The position numbers and the translations under genes are program-made. A DNA stretch of 64,000 bases from Patescibacteria group bacterium (lineage in GTDB: Bacteria > Patescibacteriota > Microgenomatia > UBA1400 > PJMF01): the NCBI GenBank assembly GCA_039934415.1, contig JBDTME010000001.1:442461-506460 (forward strand), given 5' to 3'. A model generated the notes under the pieces. It was not told the DNA's origin. It did not search any database and saw only the letters and a program-made list of their open reading frames with translations. This document shows positions 28,292 through 37,340 of this stretch, in pieces. Positions within the stretch are counted from its first letter, which is position 1, and every line of letters starts with the position of its first letter.

Positions 28292-28870
28292 ATGGGAAAA
28301 ATAATCGCTGGTATGGCTATATCTCTGGACGGATTTATCAACGACGCTGATGGGAGCGTCGAAAAATTGTATTCAGATTTTAGTGAACTTCATGATGTTC
28401 CATCGTTTAAGGAAATGATTAAAGACACAGGGGCTGTGATTATGGGTAAAGGTGTTTACAAAATGGCAGACCCTTTTACTTGGGTCAACGATGATTACGA
28501 ATTTCAAACTCCTATTTTTGTCCTGACACATACACCACCTACAAAGTATCCCCAAGGAAACGATAAACTCAGTCTTACTTTTGTGACTGACGGTATTGAA
28601 AGTGCAATCGCTCAAGCACGGAAAGCGGCAAACGGTAAAGATGTTCAGGTGATAGGTGCAAGCACGATTCAACAGTGCCTCAATTCAGGGTTATGCGATG
28701 AACTAGCATTAGATTTTATGCCCGTCATCCTAGGAAAAGGAAAAAAGCTATTTGAAAATATCGACACAGATAATATAAAACTTGAAAGAATTAAAGTTGA
28801 AGAAACAACTTCCGAAAGGACAAGTATTATATACAAAGTTACAAAAACAGCTCCGTCCAGAATCAGGTAG
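28292..28870 (+). CDS. dihydrofolate reductase/RibD C-terminal family protein
   Basis: ISLDGFI, VIMG, VLTH, LCDEL...PVILGKGKKLF. Confidence 0.9.
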   Translation: MGKIIAGMAISLDGFINDADGSVEKLYSDFSELHDVPSFKEMIKDTGAVIMGKGVYKMADPFTWVNDDYEFQTPIFVLTHTPPTKYPQGNDKLSLTFVTDGIESAIAQARKAANGKDVQVIGASTIQQCLNSGLCDELALDFMPVILGKGKKLFENIDTDNIKLERIKVEETTSERTSIIYKVTKTAPSRIR

Positions 28871-28878
28871 TGTTGTGA

Positions 28879-29310
28879 TTAACTCAGCATCTTGCCATAA
28901 ACCATCATTACCATCCCCTGGGCAACATCCAGAACAACAGCCAGTCCGACTATCACCATCCATGAGCTAACACCTAAACCAAACTGTTCCGAAAAGCGAG
29001 AAATGACCCACAGCGTTGCTACATTCACGACAAGGTAAAGTACTGACCACTCGATAGGTGAGAAAATTCTTTGACGTGCAGCCTCATACTTACTCACAAA
29101 TGGCATCACAATCGCTCCAATGACAGCAAGTTTACTCATACTCATCCCAACCGCCCACCAGTAACTTAGTGCATGTGTCCCTAGAACAATTGCTTTAGGA
29201 AAAAGTGATTGTGCGATAAATAATACTGCCACGTTTGTGACGAATAAAACCAAAGTTGAAATGACTAAAGTCATGCCAGAAATCTGTGGGAAATTTTTTG
29301 TTGTTGCCAT
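28879..29310 (-). CDS. four-TM membrane protein (paralog of 51138-51593)
   Basis: Shared motif SR.S..FGLG.SSW.V.....VLDV.QG. Confidence 0.75.
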   Translation of the reverse strand: MATTKNFPQISGMTLVISTLVLFVTNVAVLFIAQSLFPKAIVLGTHALSYWWAVGMSMSKLAVIGAIVMPFVSKYEAARQRIFSPIEWSVLYLVVNVATLWVISRFSEQFGLGVSSWMVIVGLAVVLDVAQGMVMMVYGKMLS

Positions 29311-29567
29311 ATATCCTTTTAATAAATATGTAAGCTTTACTCAATTAAAACACACTCACAGTTTGTACAGCTAGTATGAATCTGAACACAAAGTTTATAT
29401 ATTCTTCTCAACTACTAAATTTCCCCAAAATATAATGTGAACGAGACTGGTCCTTTTCCCACTTATAAAGTGATCAAGTCTCTTGTTACACTGAATAACT
29501 ACTGTACTATTGTGGTTTATGAGAGTTCAGAGCAGAATAAAGCCAATTGCAAGAAAAACAGAGACTT

Positions 29568-30101
29568 ATGGATAAAAATGCTGAAACTCCACCCACTGGA
29601 AATCGATTTGAGACATTACGAGCACAAGAATATATAGATATTACTAACGGTTTCCCTTTTTCTAATTCCCAGGATTTTTACGATTTTATTTGGGATTCTG
29701 CTGAATACCACGAGACTACAAGATTTCCCATTGTCAGTCTGCGGCAGACTGATGGTAGCACCCGTGTATATATGCTGCTGAAAAACACACAAAATGGAAA
29801 ACAAGATCATCACTCTCTATTAGGGCGTCTGGGACTTCTGTTAGAGCAGCTTGAACAAGATGCCTCCCCTGTCGCCTTTACCACCTCACTGGAAGGTCAC
29901 GGATACACTAAACCGGAAAAAGGTTCGTACCTTGAGTTTACAGCCAAAAATGAGTATGACGACAAACCAGAGACAAAATATATATCACTTGGTAAAGGTT
30001 CTGACTTATTTCCTCTACAGAATAGTCAATTTACTAATGAGGGGAAACAGACACTTACAGAAATATTCGGACGCTTGAACGTGCAGGTGCGTACTAATTA
30101 A
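29568..30101 (+). CDS. hypothetical protein
   Basis: ORF with ATG at 29568; no recognised motif. Confidence 0.55.
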   Translation: MDKNAETPPTGNRFETLRAQEYIDITNGFPFSNSQDFYDFIWDSAEYHETTRFPIVSLRQTDGSTRVYMLLKNTQNGKQDHHSLLGRLGLLLEQLEQDASPVAFTTSLEGHGYTKPEKGSYLEFTAKNEYDDKPETKYISLGKGSDLFPLQNSQFTNEGKQTLTEIFGRLNVQVRTN

Positions 30102-30190
30102 AAGAGCCAATAATGCAGGAGATTCGCTACTTGGACAAGTTGATCGATGAGCTGGCAAAAGGCAAAACAATGGAAAAAATATTACGGTAG
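30101..30190 (+). pseudogene. DUF2200 family C-terminal remnant
   Basis: Translates [29 protein letters not shown], the recognisable DUF2200 C-terminus; 5' part absent. Confidence 0.75.
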
Positions 30191-30194
30191 GAAT

Positions 30195-30452
30195 ATGACA
30201 GAAAAAATTCGTTGTCAAAGTTGTGGAATGCCTTTGGGTGAAGGGTTTTTTGGTACAAATGCTAACGGATCACTTACTCAGGAGTATTGTAAATTCTGTT
30301 TTCAACTTGGCAAATTCACTCACCCTGAATTAACAATTCCAGACATGATTCGAATGTCTGTTAAAAATATGGTAGAAGAACTTCATCTCGATGAAGACAA
30401 AGCAAAAACTTTAGCAGAGTCTTTTATTCCTCAGCTAAAAAGGTGGAAGTAG
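30195..30452 (+). CDS. zinc-ribbon domain protein (Zn_ribbon_2-like)
   Basis: CQSCGMP...YCKFC...GKF...IPQLKRWK. Confidence 0.8.
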   Translation: MTEKIRCQSCGMPLGEGFFGTNANGSLTQEYCKFCFQLGKFTHPELTIPDMIRMSVKNMVEELHLDEDKAKTLAESFIPQLKRWK

Positions 30453-30484
30453 AGAAAGAAGGAATCCTGAAATAATTGTTCACG

Positions 30485-30709
30485 AGGAAGTCAACTCAAT
30501 TACAACTGTTATTAGTAGTTTTTTAGTAGTTTTATGGAGTTACTGAGTGACGAAGAACCAACCTTAGCCATGTAGTTATTAATTTATCTTGGAAAAATCC
30601 AAAGATAATAGATCAAATTGCCAAGGTTGTTAATGGCGAAATCGTCACTGAATTACCAGATAGTGAAACCAAGCCAGAAGTCGATGTTTTAATTATTGTT
30701 GGAAGATAA
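30485..30709 (+). pseudogene. internally deleted LytR C-terminal-domain protein remnant
   Basis: ELLSDEEPTLA in one frame, then VVINLSWKNPKIIDQIAKVVNGEIVTELPDSETKPEVDVLIIVGR* in another. Confidence 0.55.
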
Positions 30710-30720
30710 CCAAAGTCAAG

Positions 30721-31056
30721 TTAAAAAAAGTAACCTCTATTGACTACTGCGCCAAGTACAATGAGTACCTGCACTAATACTAAACAAAAATTTGTTAGTA
30801 TAATCGGCTTTTCACCATTCAGCACACCATATACAAACCAAGCAAAAGATATGATGGAAAAACCAACCCAAGAGGTAACTGAAAGACCGGAACTATCTTT
30901 CGAAACCCACACAGTGATGAGTTGCGGAATATTTACAACGATAGCCATGAACGCAACAACATATATAAAATAGCCATACGCTTGAGAAACACTTTTTTTT
31001 AACCAAAAAGTCTTTACAGATCTCTTTTTTTTAATATGATGCATTCCGAAATTCAT
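30721..31056 (-). CDS. SemiSWEET/PQ-loop transporter
   Basis: IPQ..TVW..KDSSGLS, WFVYG, PIILTN. Confidence 0.8.
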   Translation of the reverse strand: MNFGMHHIKKKRSVKTFWLKKSVSQAYGYFIYVVAFMAIVVNIPQLITVWVSKDSSGLSVTSWVGFSIISFAWFVYGVLNGEKPIILTNFCLVLVQVLIVLGAVVNRGYFF

Positions 31057-31111
31057 AATTCGTCATCTGTATAAGATATTGTGCGAGTACTCTTTTATCT
31101 GAGAATGAGTT

Positions 31112-31327
31112 CTATCCCCAACGAATATGTTTCCAAACTCGCTCGTGAAAAAAGTAAATTACGCTACTGAATAGATTGGTCAATATAATCAATGCTATTG
31201 CCACTGTGAACCGATGGGTCAGCAGATACACGACTAAAAAATCAGATATTACCACTAATATACGAAAAGTTATTGACTTTGCTATCGACCTTTTGATTGT
31301 ATTCGCAATTGGTTCTTTAATTTTCAC
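31112..31327 (-). CDS. DUF2061 family membrane protein
   Basis: RSIAKSITFR...YFFHERVW. Confidence 0.85.
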   Translation of the reverse strand: MKIKEPIANTIKRSIAKSITFRILVVISDFLVVYLLTHRFTVAIALIILTNLFSSVIYFFHERVWKHIRWG

Positions 31328-31436
31328 AGCAACGTTAACTGTTTTTTAGTGCAATCTTTTAATAATACAAGGTATCTATTTTAAATATAACGCTCATTTT
31401 CTTTTTAATCTACGCCAAGCGGCGTATACTGCCTTC

Positions 31437-32147
31437 ATGGTTGATTTTAGTCCTGTTTTTTCTTCTAATAACGAAAGCGTGATCTTCAGCTGTGGTCTAT
31501 TATTAGCGGCTAACCAAGAAGCATCAGCTATTGCACTCTGTGATCAGATTGCAAAAAACAATCCCAATAAACTCAAATTTATACTGAACAAAGTGACTCA
31601 TCCTCCCTATGTGAGATTATATGAAACAGTGCTTCCCAGTAAAAACATCCCACTCGCGTTAGACAGATTAGAAAAAATTTCGGCTGATATGATCCCCTTT
31701 CAAATGGATTGGGGAATGATAGAACAAACCAATCATTTTGTGGCAATTTGGGGAGAATTAAATGATACGCTCAAAGTCTTTCATCAAGCGGTATTGATCG
31801 ATATCAATAACCTTAGAGAAGGTGATTTTAAAGAGAAATATATAGAAGATGAAAATAATCATGCTTTTTCAGAAAAGGAAGATGAGAGCTTTAGAAAATG
31901 GGGCTCCCCTTGGGTTGACCCATATATCCCCCATATGGTGGTAGCAAAGGCGGAGCCAGTTTTTGATGTTAAAAAAACAACTTTGGAATGGAAATTTAAG
32001 CATTGTTTATTTCGTGGATTACTAATCGGAATTCGCTCCGAACACGGCGACTTCACACATTCATATCAAATTAACTTTAAACAACCCACGCAAACAGAAA
32101 TTGACATTCCTGAGCTGTCAGTGTCATCTGTTTTGTCTCTAAAATAG
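31437..32147 (+). CDS. 2H-phosphoesterase-like protein with degenerate motifs
   Basis: PYVRLY and YIPHMVV at the two HxT positions; KWGSPWV segment. Confidence 0.5.
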   Translation: MVDFSPVFSSNNESVIFSCGLLLAANQEASAIALCDQIAKNNPNKLKFILNKVTHPPYVRLYETVLPSKNIPLALDRLEKISADMIPFQMDWGMIEQTNHFVAIWGELNDTLKVFHQAVLIDINNLREGDFKEKYIEDENNHAFSEKEDESFRKWGSPWVDPYIPHMVVAKAEPVFDVKKTTLEWKFKHCLFRGLLIGIRSEHGDFTHSYQINFKQPTQTEIDIPELSVSSVLSLK

Positions 32148-32257
32148 TTCGAAACGCTATCCTCGTTTTTTACCTTACAGTGGTTTTTGACTCAAAAAGA
32201 CTATTGAACTTATTTATTACTCAACGAGATCCTCGAAGCTCTGCTATACTTTTACTC

Positions 32258-32818
32258 ATGAGTCGTTTTGGTCATTGGAAATATAAAAATCTCACTTTTT
32301 TACTCATCTCACTGTTAATTGCTTTCTTTGTTCTACGAAATGAGACTTTACACTCTTTCTTAATGCATCTGGGTAACTTGGGATATATAGGGGCTTTTTT
32401 TGCTGGTTTATTATTTGTCTCAACTTTTACCGTCGCAACAGGTGCAATCATCTTGCTGGTACTTGCTGAGACGTTGTCGCCGATTGAGCTTGGCCTGATA
32501 GCTGGTTTTGGAGCAGTATTGGGTGATTTTGTCATTTTTCGTTTTGTGAAAGATGACTTAACAACCGAAATTAAACTGCTTTATAACATTTTTGATAGAA
32601 AACACCAATTTAAGAAGGTATTGCGCACAAAATATTTTAGTTGGTCGCTCCCAGTCGTTGGTGCTCTTATTATCGCTTCACCTCTACCTGATGAACTCGG
32701 CGTTAGCCTAATGGGGATTTCGAAGCTTAAAACGTATCAATTTGTACTGCTATCTTTTGTGCTGAACATGGTCGGTATATTTCTTGTTACTTCTTCGTCA
32801 TTTATTTTTAAACCTTAA
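32258..32818 (+). CDS. DedA/VTT-like membrane protein
   Basis: GYIGAFFAG, GAVLGD..IFRF, ASPLPDELG. Confidence 0.6.
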   Translation: MSRFGHWKYKNLTFLLISLLIAFFVLRNETLHSFLMHLGNLGYIGAFFAGLLFVSTFTVATGAIILLVLAETLSPIELGLIAGFGAVLGDFVIFRFVKDDLTTEIKLLYNIFDRKHQFKKVLRTKYFSWSLPVVGALIIASPLPDELGVSLMGISKLKTYQFVLLSFVLNMVGIFLVTSSSFIFKP

Positions 32819-32880
32819 GACATTGAAGTTGAATGTTGTTCAAGATGTTAGGAAACAATGTCTAAATGGAAAGGAAGCGT

Positions 32881-33363
32881 ATGAAAAAATATAAATTATT
32901 GCCAATGGCAATCTTTGGGTGTGCGATATTTGTACTAGCAGGTTGTTCACAAACAACTCCGGCAAAAGTTGAAATGAGAAGTGAAAATGTCCCTGGTGAA
33001 CCAGAATCTTCGAGTAGTGAAAAAGTCAAAATGAAAACTGATGGTCGATATGAACCATTCACACCAGAAGTGTTAGCAGATGCTTCAAATAGTAGAAGGG
33101 TGCTCTTTTTCTATGCGAATTGGTGTCCAACGTGTAAACCAGCAAATGAGAGTTTTATTAAAAATGAACAACTCATTCCTCAGGACGTGAAACTTATTCG
33201 TGTAAATTATAATGACTCAGATACTGATCAAACAGAAAAAGATTTAGCGAAAAAGTATGCCGTCACCTATCAACACACCTATGTCCAAATTGATGCTCAA
33301 GGAAACGAACTCAAGAAATGGAATGGTGGAGAAATAGAAGAACTCTTGAGTAACATAAAGTAA
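32881..33363 (+). CDS. thioredoxin-family lipoprotein
   Basis: LAGC lipobox, WCPTC active site. Confidence 0.85.
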   Translation: MKKYKLLPMAIFGCAIFVLAGCSQTTPAKVEMRSENVPGEPESSSSEKVKMKTDGRYEPFTPEVLADASNSRRVLFFYANWCPTCKPANESFIKNEQLIPQDVKLIRVNYNDSDTDQTEKDLAKKYAVTYQHTYVQIDAQGNELKKWNGGEIEELLSNIK

Positions 33364-33373
33364 GGAGACCCCT

Positions 33374-33817
33374 ATGGCAGCAATCACCAACAAAAAATTT
33401 GAAGGATTCTCAGAAGAAGAACGATCTGCTATGAAAGCCCGTGCCAAAGAATTACTAGCCGAGGCTAAAGCTGATAAAAACAAAGCTCAGGGAGAAGCCG
33501 CCCTACTCAAAGCGATTGATGAGATGTCTGCAGCAGATCGCAGTATGGCCAAACGACTCCATGCTCTCATTAAAAAGAATGCCCCAACACTGTGGCCAAA
33601 AACTTGGTATGGAATGCCAGCATATGCTAAAGATGAAAAGGTTGTTTGCTTCTTCCAAAGTGCTGAAAAGTTCAAAGCGCGATACTCAACATTGGGTTTT
33701 AGTGATACTGCCAAGCTCGATGAAGGCGATATGTGGCCAACTTCATTCGCACTCAAGAAATTAGGTGATGCTGAAGAAAAAAAAATTAGCGCACTCCTAG
33801 AAAAAGCAGTGCGCTAA
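33374..33817 (+). CDS. DUF1801/YdhG-like protein
   Basis: [23 protein letters not shown]. Confidence 0.85.
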   Translation: MAAITNKKFEGFSEEERSAMKARAKELLAEAKADKNKAQGEAALLKAIDEMSAADRSMAKRLHALIKKNAPTLWPKTWYGMPAYAKDEKVVCFFQSAEKFKARYSTLGFSDTAKLDEGDMWPTSFALKKLGDAEEKKISALLEKAVR

Positions 33818-33845
33818 TCATTGTTAAAAACTTAGAGTGTGAACA

Positions 33846-34082
33846 TTAGTCCTCAGGGAGACCAGCAAAAGCCTTTTTGGTTTTCATGTACCATCCCATC
33901 CCTTTGATCGGATTTTTCCATCTCCCCTGCATGTCTTTCAATGCACTTTCGTGCGTTGCATCACCTTTTGCAACCATTTCTTTCAAATGAGCATCTTGTG
34001 CTTTTATGACGTCATCACCCGTATTCCCATGGAATGCTAAATCACATGGACCACCCATTTGTTTACATGTCATTGTTTTCAT
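33846..34082 (-). CDS. DUF1059-like small metal-binding protein
   Basis: MTCKQMGGPCD...H pattern. Confidence 0.7.
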   Translation of the reverse strand: MKTMTCKQMGGPCDLAFHGNTGDDVIKAQDAHLKEMVAKGDATHESALKDMQGRWKNPIKGMGWYMKTKKAFAGLPED

Positions 34083-34254
34083 AAAGTATCTCCTCTTGTA
34101 ATACCGTCAAGTATACTTCAAGTACTGTTATCTGGATAATGAACACGTATCCATTACACAAGAAAAGTCTACATCACCTGATAATTCACTTCATCTGAAT
34201 TGTATGGAAATTCCATTACCTGAGACATTTTTTGCTGTTCTGACATAAATTTCA

Positions 34255-34827
34255 TCACTCCTTCAAATGATCGATGCTTGCAAGTGCTATTAACCTTGTT
34301 TTTCCGACACTAAGATCAGCTTCAATAATTGTAATAGAACATTCTTTTATATTCACGTCCAAGGTCACATCAAAGTCTTGATTTCTCAAAAAATCAGTAG
34401 TGATGCCACCATGTGTCACCAATACTATATGTTCGTGTTCGCTTTGTAAGTACTCCCTTATGATTTTTTCCAAACGTTCTCCTGATCTTAGGGAAGAATC
34501 GCCAGTCGGTGGCTGCCATTCTCTATCATGAGAACCTCTTCTCCATTCTTTTAAAAAATTAGGAAAAGTTTGTGCTGGATCGCTTCCCCAATTCATCCGT
34601 TCTTTCAGAAGTTCGTTTGTTTCAACTTTCAAACCCAAAAGATCTGCTATGTGCATTGCAGTTTGTTGAGTTCTCAGCAATGGACTCGCTACAATCTTGG
34701 AAATCGGGATTGATTTTAAATATTTTGCTGCCAACAGTGCTTGTCTATTCCCTGTTTGCGATAAGGGGGGATCACCAGGGATTCTCAACTTTTCCCCATG
34801 TCGAATGATGTAGAAGCGTTTAGTCAT
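34255..34827 (-). CDS. histidine phosphatase family protein
   Basis: RHG, SPLLRT.QTA, VTHGG. Confidence 0.9.
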   Translation of the reverse strand: MTKRFYIIRHGEKLRIPGDPPLSQTGNRQALLAAKYLKSIPISKIVASPLLRTQQTAMHIADLLGLKVETNELLKERMNWGSDPAQTFPNFLKEWRRGSHDREWQPPTGDSSLRSGERLEKIIREYLQSEHEHIVLVTHGGITTDFLRNQDFDVTLDVNIKECSITIIEADLSVGKTRLIALASIDHLKE

Positions 34828-34847
34828 AAACAGAGTATAGTACGGTT
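34828..34847. promoter_or_regulatory. bidirectional leaderless promoter
   Basis: Overlapping -10 boxes TATAGT (+) and TATACT (-), each 6 nt from an ATG. Confidence 0.6.
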
Positions 34848-35168
34848 ATGGATTATCTCGCATTTTTACGACAGTACAGACTTGGCCCTTTCCCTCTTTT
34901 TGATACAGCACTTGCATATGCTGGTGTTTTTCTGGTCGCACCCCTTTTAACAAAATTATTTAAAAAAATTCACCTTAACATATCTTGGACCGAGTGGCTC
35001 TGGTTGACTCTGCCCATTTCAGTTCTCTTCCATCTTATTTTCCGTCAAGACACACCACTGATGCGGCTCCTCTCAGATCCTTACCATGTGTACTTCTACA
35101 TAATAGTCTTCGTTCTCATCTTCATGACTTATATGGGTTTAAGAAACTGCAAAAAACCACTCAAATAG
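34848..35168 (+). CDS. small membrane protein
   Basis: Three hydrophobic segments; LRQYRLGPF.LFD. Confidence 0.7.
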   Translation: MDYLAFLRQYRLGPFPLFDTALAYAGVFLVAPLLTKLFKKIHLNISWTEWLWLTLPISVLFHLIFRQDTPLMRLLSDPYHVYFYIIVFVLIFMTYMGLRNCKKPLK

Positions 35169-35316
35169 TATTAAAAAAAAAAGACAACAGTATGGTACAA
35201 CTTTTCTTGCTTGAATGATCAGCCAAAACAATGTTACTATAATGTTACTATTAGATAATATTTAGTAAAAGAAACAATTAACTCAGCAGCTGATACAATT
35301 TAAAAAAGGAGTAAAT

Positions 35317-35715
35317 ATGGTAGATGTTGTCAAAGAAACAGTGGTTACCCAAGACGATGCTGTAAAGCCAATTGTTGTTGCGCCAGTGAAAATTGAAGCA
35401 ACTAGTTTTCAAACCATTGAATACTTAATCTATTTTTTGTTCGGTGTACTCGAGGTATTACTCGCATTCAGGCTGATTCTAAAATTAATGGGGGCAAGTA
35501 TCTCAAGTGCCTTTGTGGGGTTCATTTATGGAGTGTCAGGAATCTTCATTCTCCCTTTTGAGGGAATTTTCAGGAAAGCAGTTACTCAAGGTATTGAAAC
35601 AGTTGCCATCCTTGAGCCCTCAACAGTCGTTGCACTCATCGTCTACGCAGTTCTTGCTTGGGGTGTGGTAAAATTAATCAGAATATTTTCTGGTGAGAAA
35701 CAGCCTTCAGAATAG
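35317..35715 (+). CDS. YggT-like membrane protein
   Basis: LLAFRLILKLMGA...FIYGVS...PFEGIF; AGGAG SD. Confidence 0.75.
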   Translation: MVDVVKETVVTQDDAVKPIVVAPVKIEATSFQTIEYLIYFLFGVLEVLLAFRLILKLMGASISSAFVGFIYGVSGIFILPFEGIFRKAVTQGIETVAILEPSTVVALIVYAVLAWGVVKLIRIFSGEKQPSE

Positions 35716-35729
35716 GCGGAAAGAAAGAT

Positions 35730-35969
35730 ATGAGTATTATTTTTTGGATTGTTTTTGGATTGATTGCAGGTAGCATTGCTAACTTCATTTCTCCAAGTTC
35801 CCAAGGAGGGATTGTTGGCTCGATCATATTAGGAATCGTTGGCTCTGTCGTCGGTGGTTTCTTAGGTGAACGGTTTTTTGGAGTTGGAGTCACCGGATTC
35901 AACTTGATGTCCTTTATAGTCGCAGTAGCAGGCGCACTGTTAGTGCTTTTCATTGCCAGACTATTCTAA
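35730..35969 (+). CDS. GlsB/YeaQ/YmgE (transglycosylase-associated) membrane protein
   Basis: WIVFGLIAG...IILGIVGSVVGGFL...AVAGALLVL. Confidence 0.9.
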   Translation: MSIIFWIVFGLIAGSIANFISPSSQGGIVGSIILGIVGSVVGGFLGERFFGVGVTGFNLMSFIVAVAGALLVLFIARLF

Positions 35970-36250
35970 AGTAAGTCTGCCAAGCACATCACTAGCTTTC
36001 ATATTCTCATTCTTTAATTAAGATTTTACTAACTCTTGACGGAGTTCTGTTGTTGCAGGCCGCCCATACTAAAAGTAAGATTTGTTGCGTTAAAGAAGTA
36101 ATAGCAGTGTGGAAGAATAAAAAGCAAGGGCGGCTATCATTGGTTTTATAAAATAGTTACTTATTTGTAACATTATTTATAATCAATGACGACCACGTTG
36201 TAAAGATGGGAAAATCTGTCAGAAAAAAACAAAAACAATAAGTAAAAAAA

Positions 36251-36499
36251 TCAAACTAACTCGAGGTCTTTTTTCATTCTGTGACTAATATCTTCTAGAT
36301 ACCAGTTTAAAACGACAGCTGTCTTGAGGTGAAGAGCGAGTGCTATTTTAGGTATTACTTTTTTCCCAGGCAAACGCTTGCCGTTTTCAATTAGCGTAAT
36401 ATAACTACGAGAGGTTCCACAAGCACTGGCTATCATCTGAACAGTGAAGCCGTTTTTTTTTCTCTCTACTCGAAGTTGCTCACCAAATGATTTGTTCAT
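36251..36499 (-). CDS. XRE-family HTH regulator
   Basis: FGEQLRVER...IA...GTSRSYITLIENGKRLP. Confidence 0.85.
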   Translation of the reverse strand: MNKSFGEQLRVERKKNGFTVQMIASACGTSRSYITLIENGKRLPGKKVIPKIALALHLKTAVVLNWYLEDISHRMKKDLELV

Positions 36500-36818
36500 A
36501 GTAAGGGGCTCGATTATAGGCATTTCAATGCAAAATGCAACTGTCACCACTTGAGAGCATTCTTCGTTATTACCTTCTCGTAACAAGTAAAATCCTCGAA
36601 TAAATAGTCAACAAAAATGTAAAAAAAAAAGTAAAAAAATGACTGATTGCTAGCATATACTAGCAATAGTCTCTATCTAATTTATTTGAATGAATTGTTA
36701 GAAACAAGATTTGAAGCAAGAGAAAAATATTCACTACTTCAATAATTCCCAATCTTTAAGTATTTCCGACACGTGACCAGCAGTGAGCATTGTAGTCAGT
36801 ATATACTGAATGTAGTCA

Positions 36819-36858
36819 TTGACATACACCGCTAACATATTCTATTATTAGAATATGT
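36819..36858 (+). promoter_or_regulatory. sigma70 promoter with ArsR-type palindromic operator
   Basis: TTGACA 36819-36824, TATTAT 36843-36848, palindrome ACATATTCTA-TTAT-TAGAATATGT 36835-36858 covering -10 and ATG. Confidence 0.8.
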
Positions 36859-37340
36859 ACTTAGAGTTATTTGAAAAACACGCTGAACTTTTAAAAGCGC
36901 TCGCTCATCCTCGCCGATTGGAAATTATCCATCTGCTTCGAGACCAAGAATTACCAGTCAATGATATTCACACGATGCTCGATCTCCCCCAAGCGAACAT
37001 CAGCCAACATTTAATGGTTCTGAGGGAGTCTGGGATAGTTAACACTAGGCGAGATGGTAAACAAATTTATTACTCACTGAGTAGTACCAACTTCATTAAA
37101 GCAAGTGATTTATTACGTGAAGTCCTAATAGATAAGTTAAATAATCCTCAATTCTCACAAAATGCAGAACTCAAAATGAAAGATTTAGTGCCACTTGTCC
37201 ATGATCCAGTCTGTAATATGCGTGTCTCGCCCAAAACGGCCGGATTCAGTCATACTCATGATCATCAAACATTTTATTTTTGTGCAAGTGGCTGTTTAAA
37301 AAAATTTATAATGAAGCCGGAGCAATATGCCATCAACTAA
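36855..37340 (+). CDS. ArsR/SmtB regulator fused to YHS (TRASH) metal-binding domain
   Basis: LKALAHPRRLEI...SQHL.VLR; C-terminal DPVCNM...YFCASGC. Confidence 0.9.
   Translation: MYLELFEKHAELLKALAHPRRLEIIHLLRDQELPVNDIHTMLDLPQANISQHLMVLRESGIVNTRRDGKQIYYSLSSTNFIKASDLLREVLIDKLNNPQFSQNAELKMKDLVPLVHDPVCNMRVSPKTAGFSHTHDHQTFYFCASGCLKKFIMKPEQYAIN

Noticed and set aside
36058-36135. GCCGCCC/GGGCGGC inverted repeat as an ncRNA
   Set aside because: Only 7 bp of pairing across ~60 nt with no further supporting structure
18990-36499. Integron cassette array
   Set aside because: No IntI, no recurring attC-like repeats seen; genes are either translationally coupled or in mixed orientation
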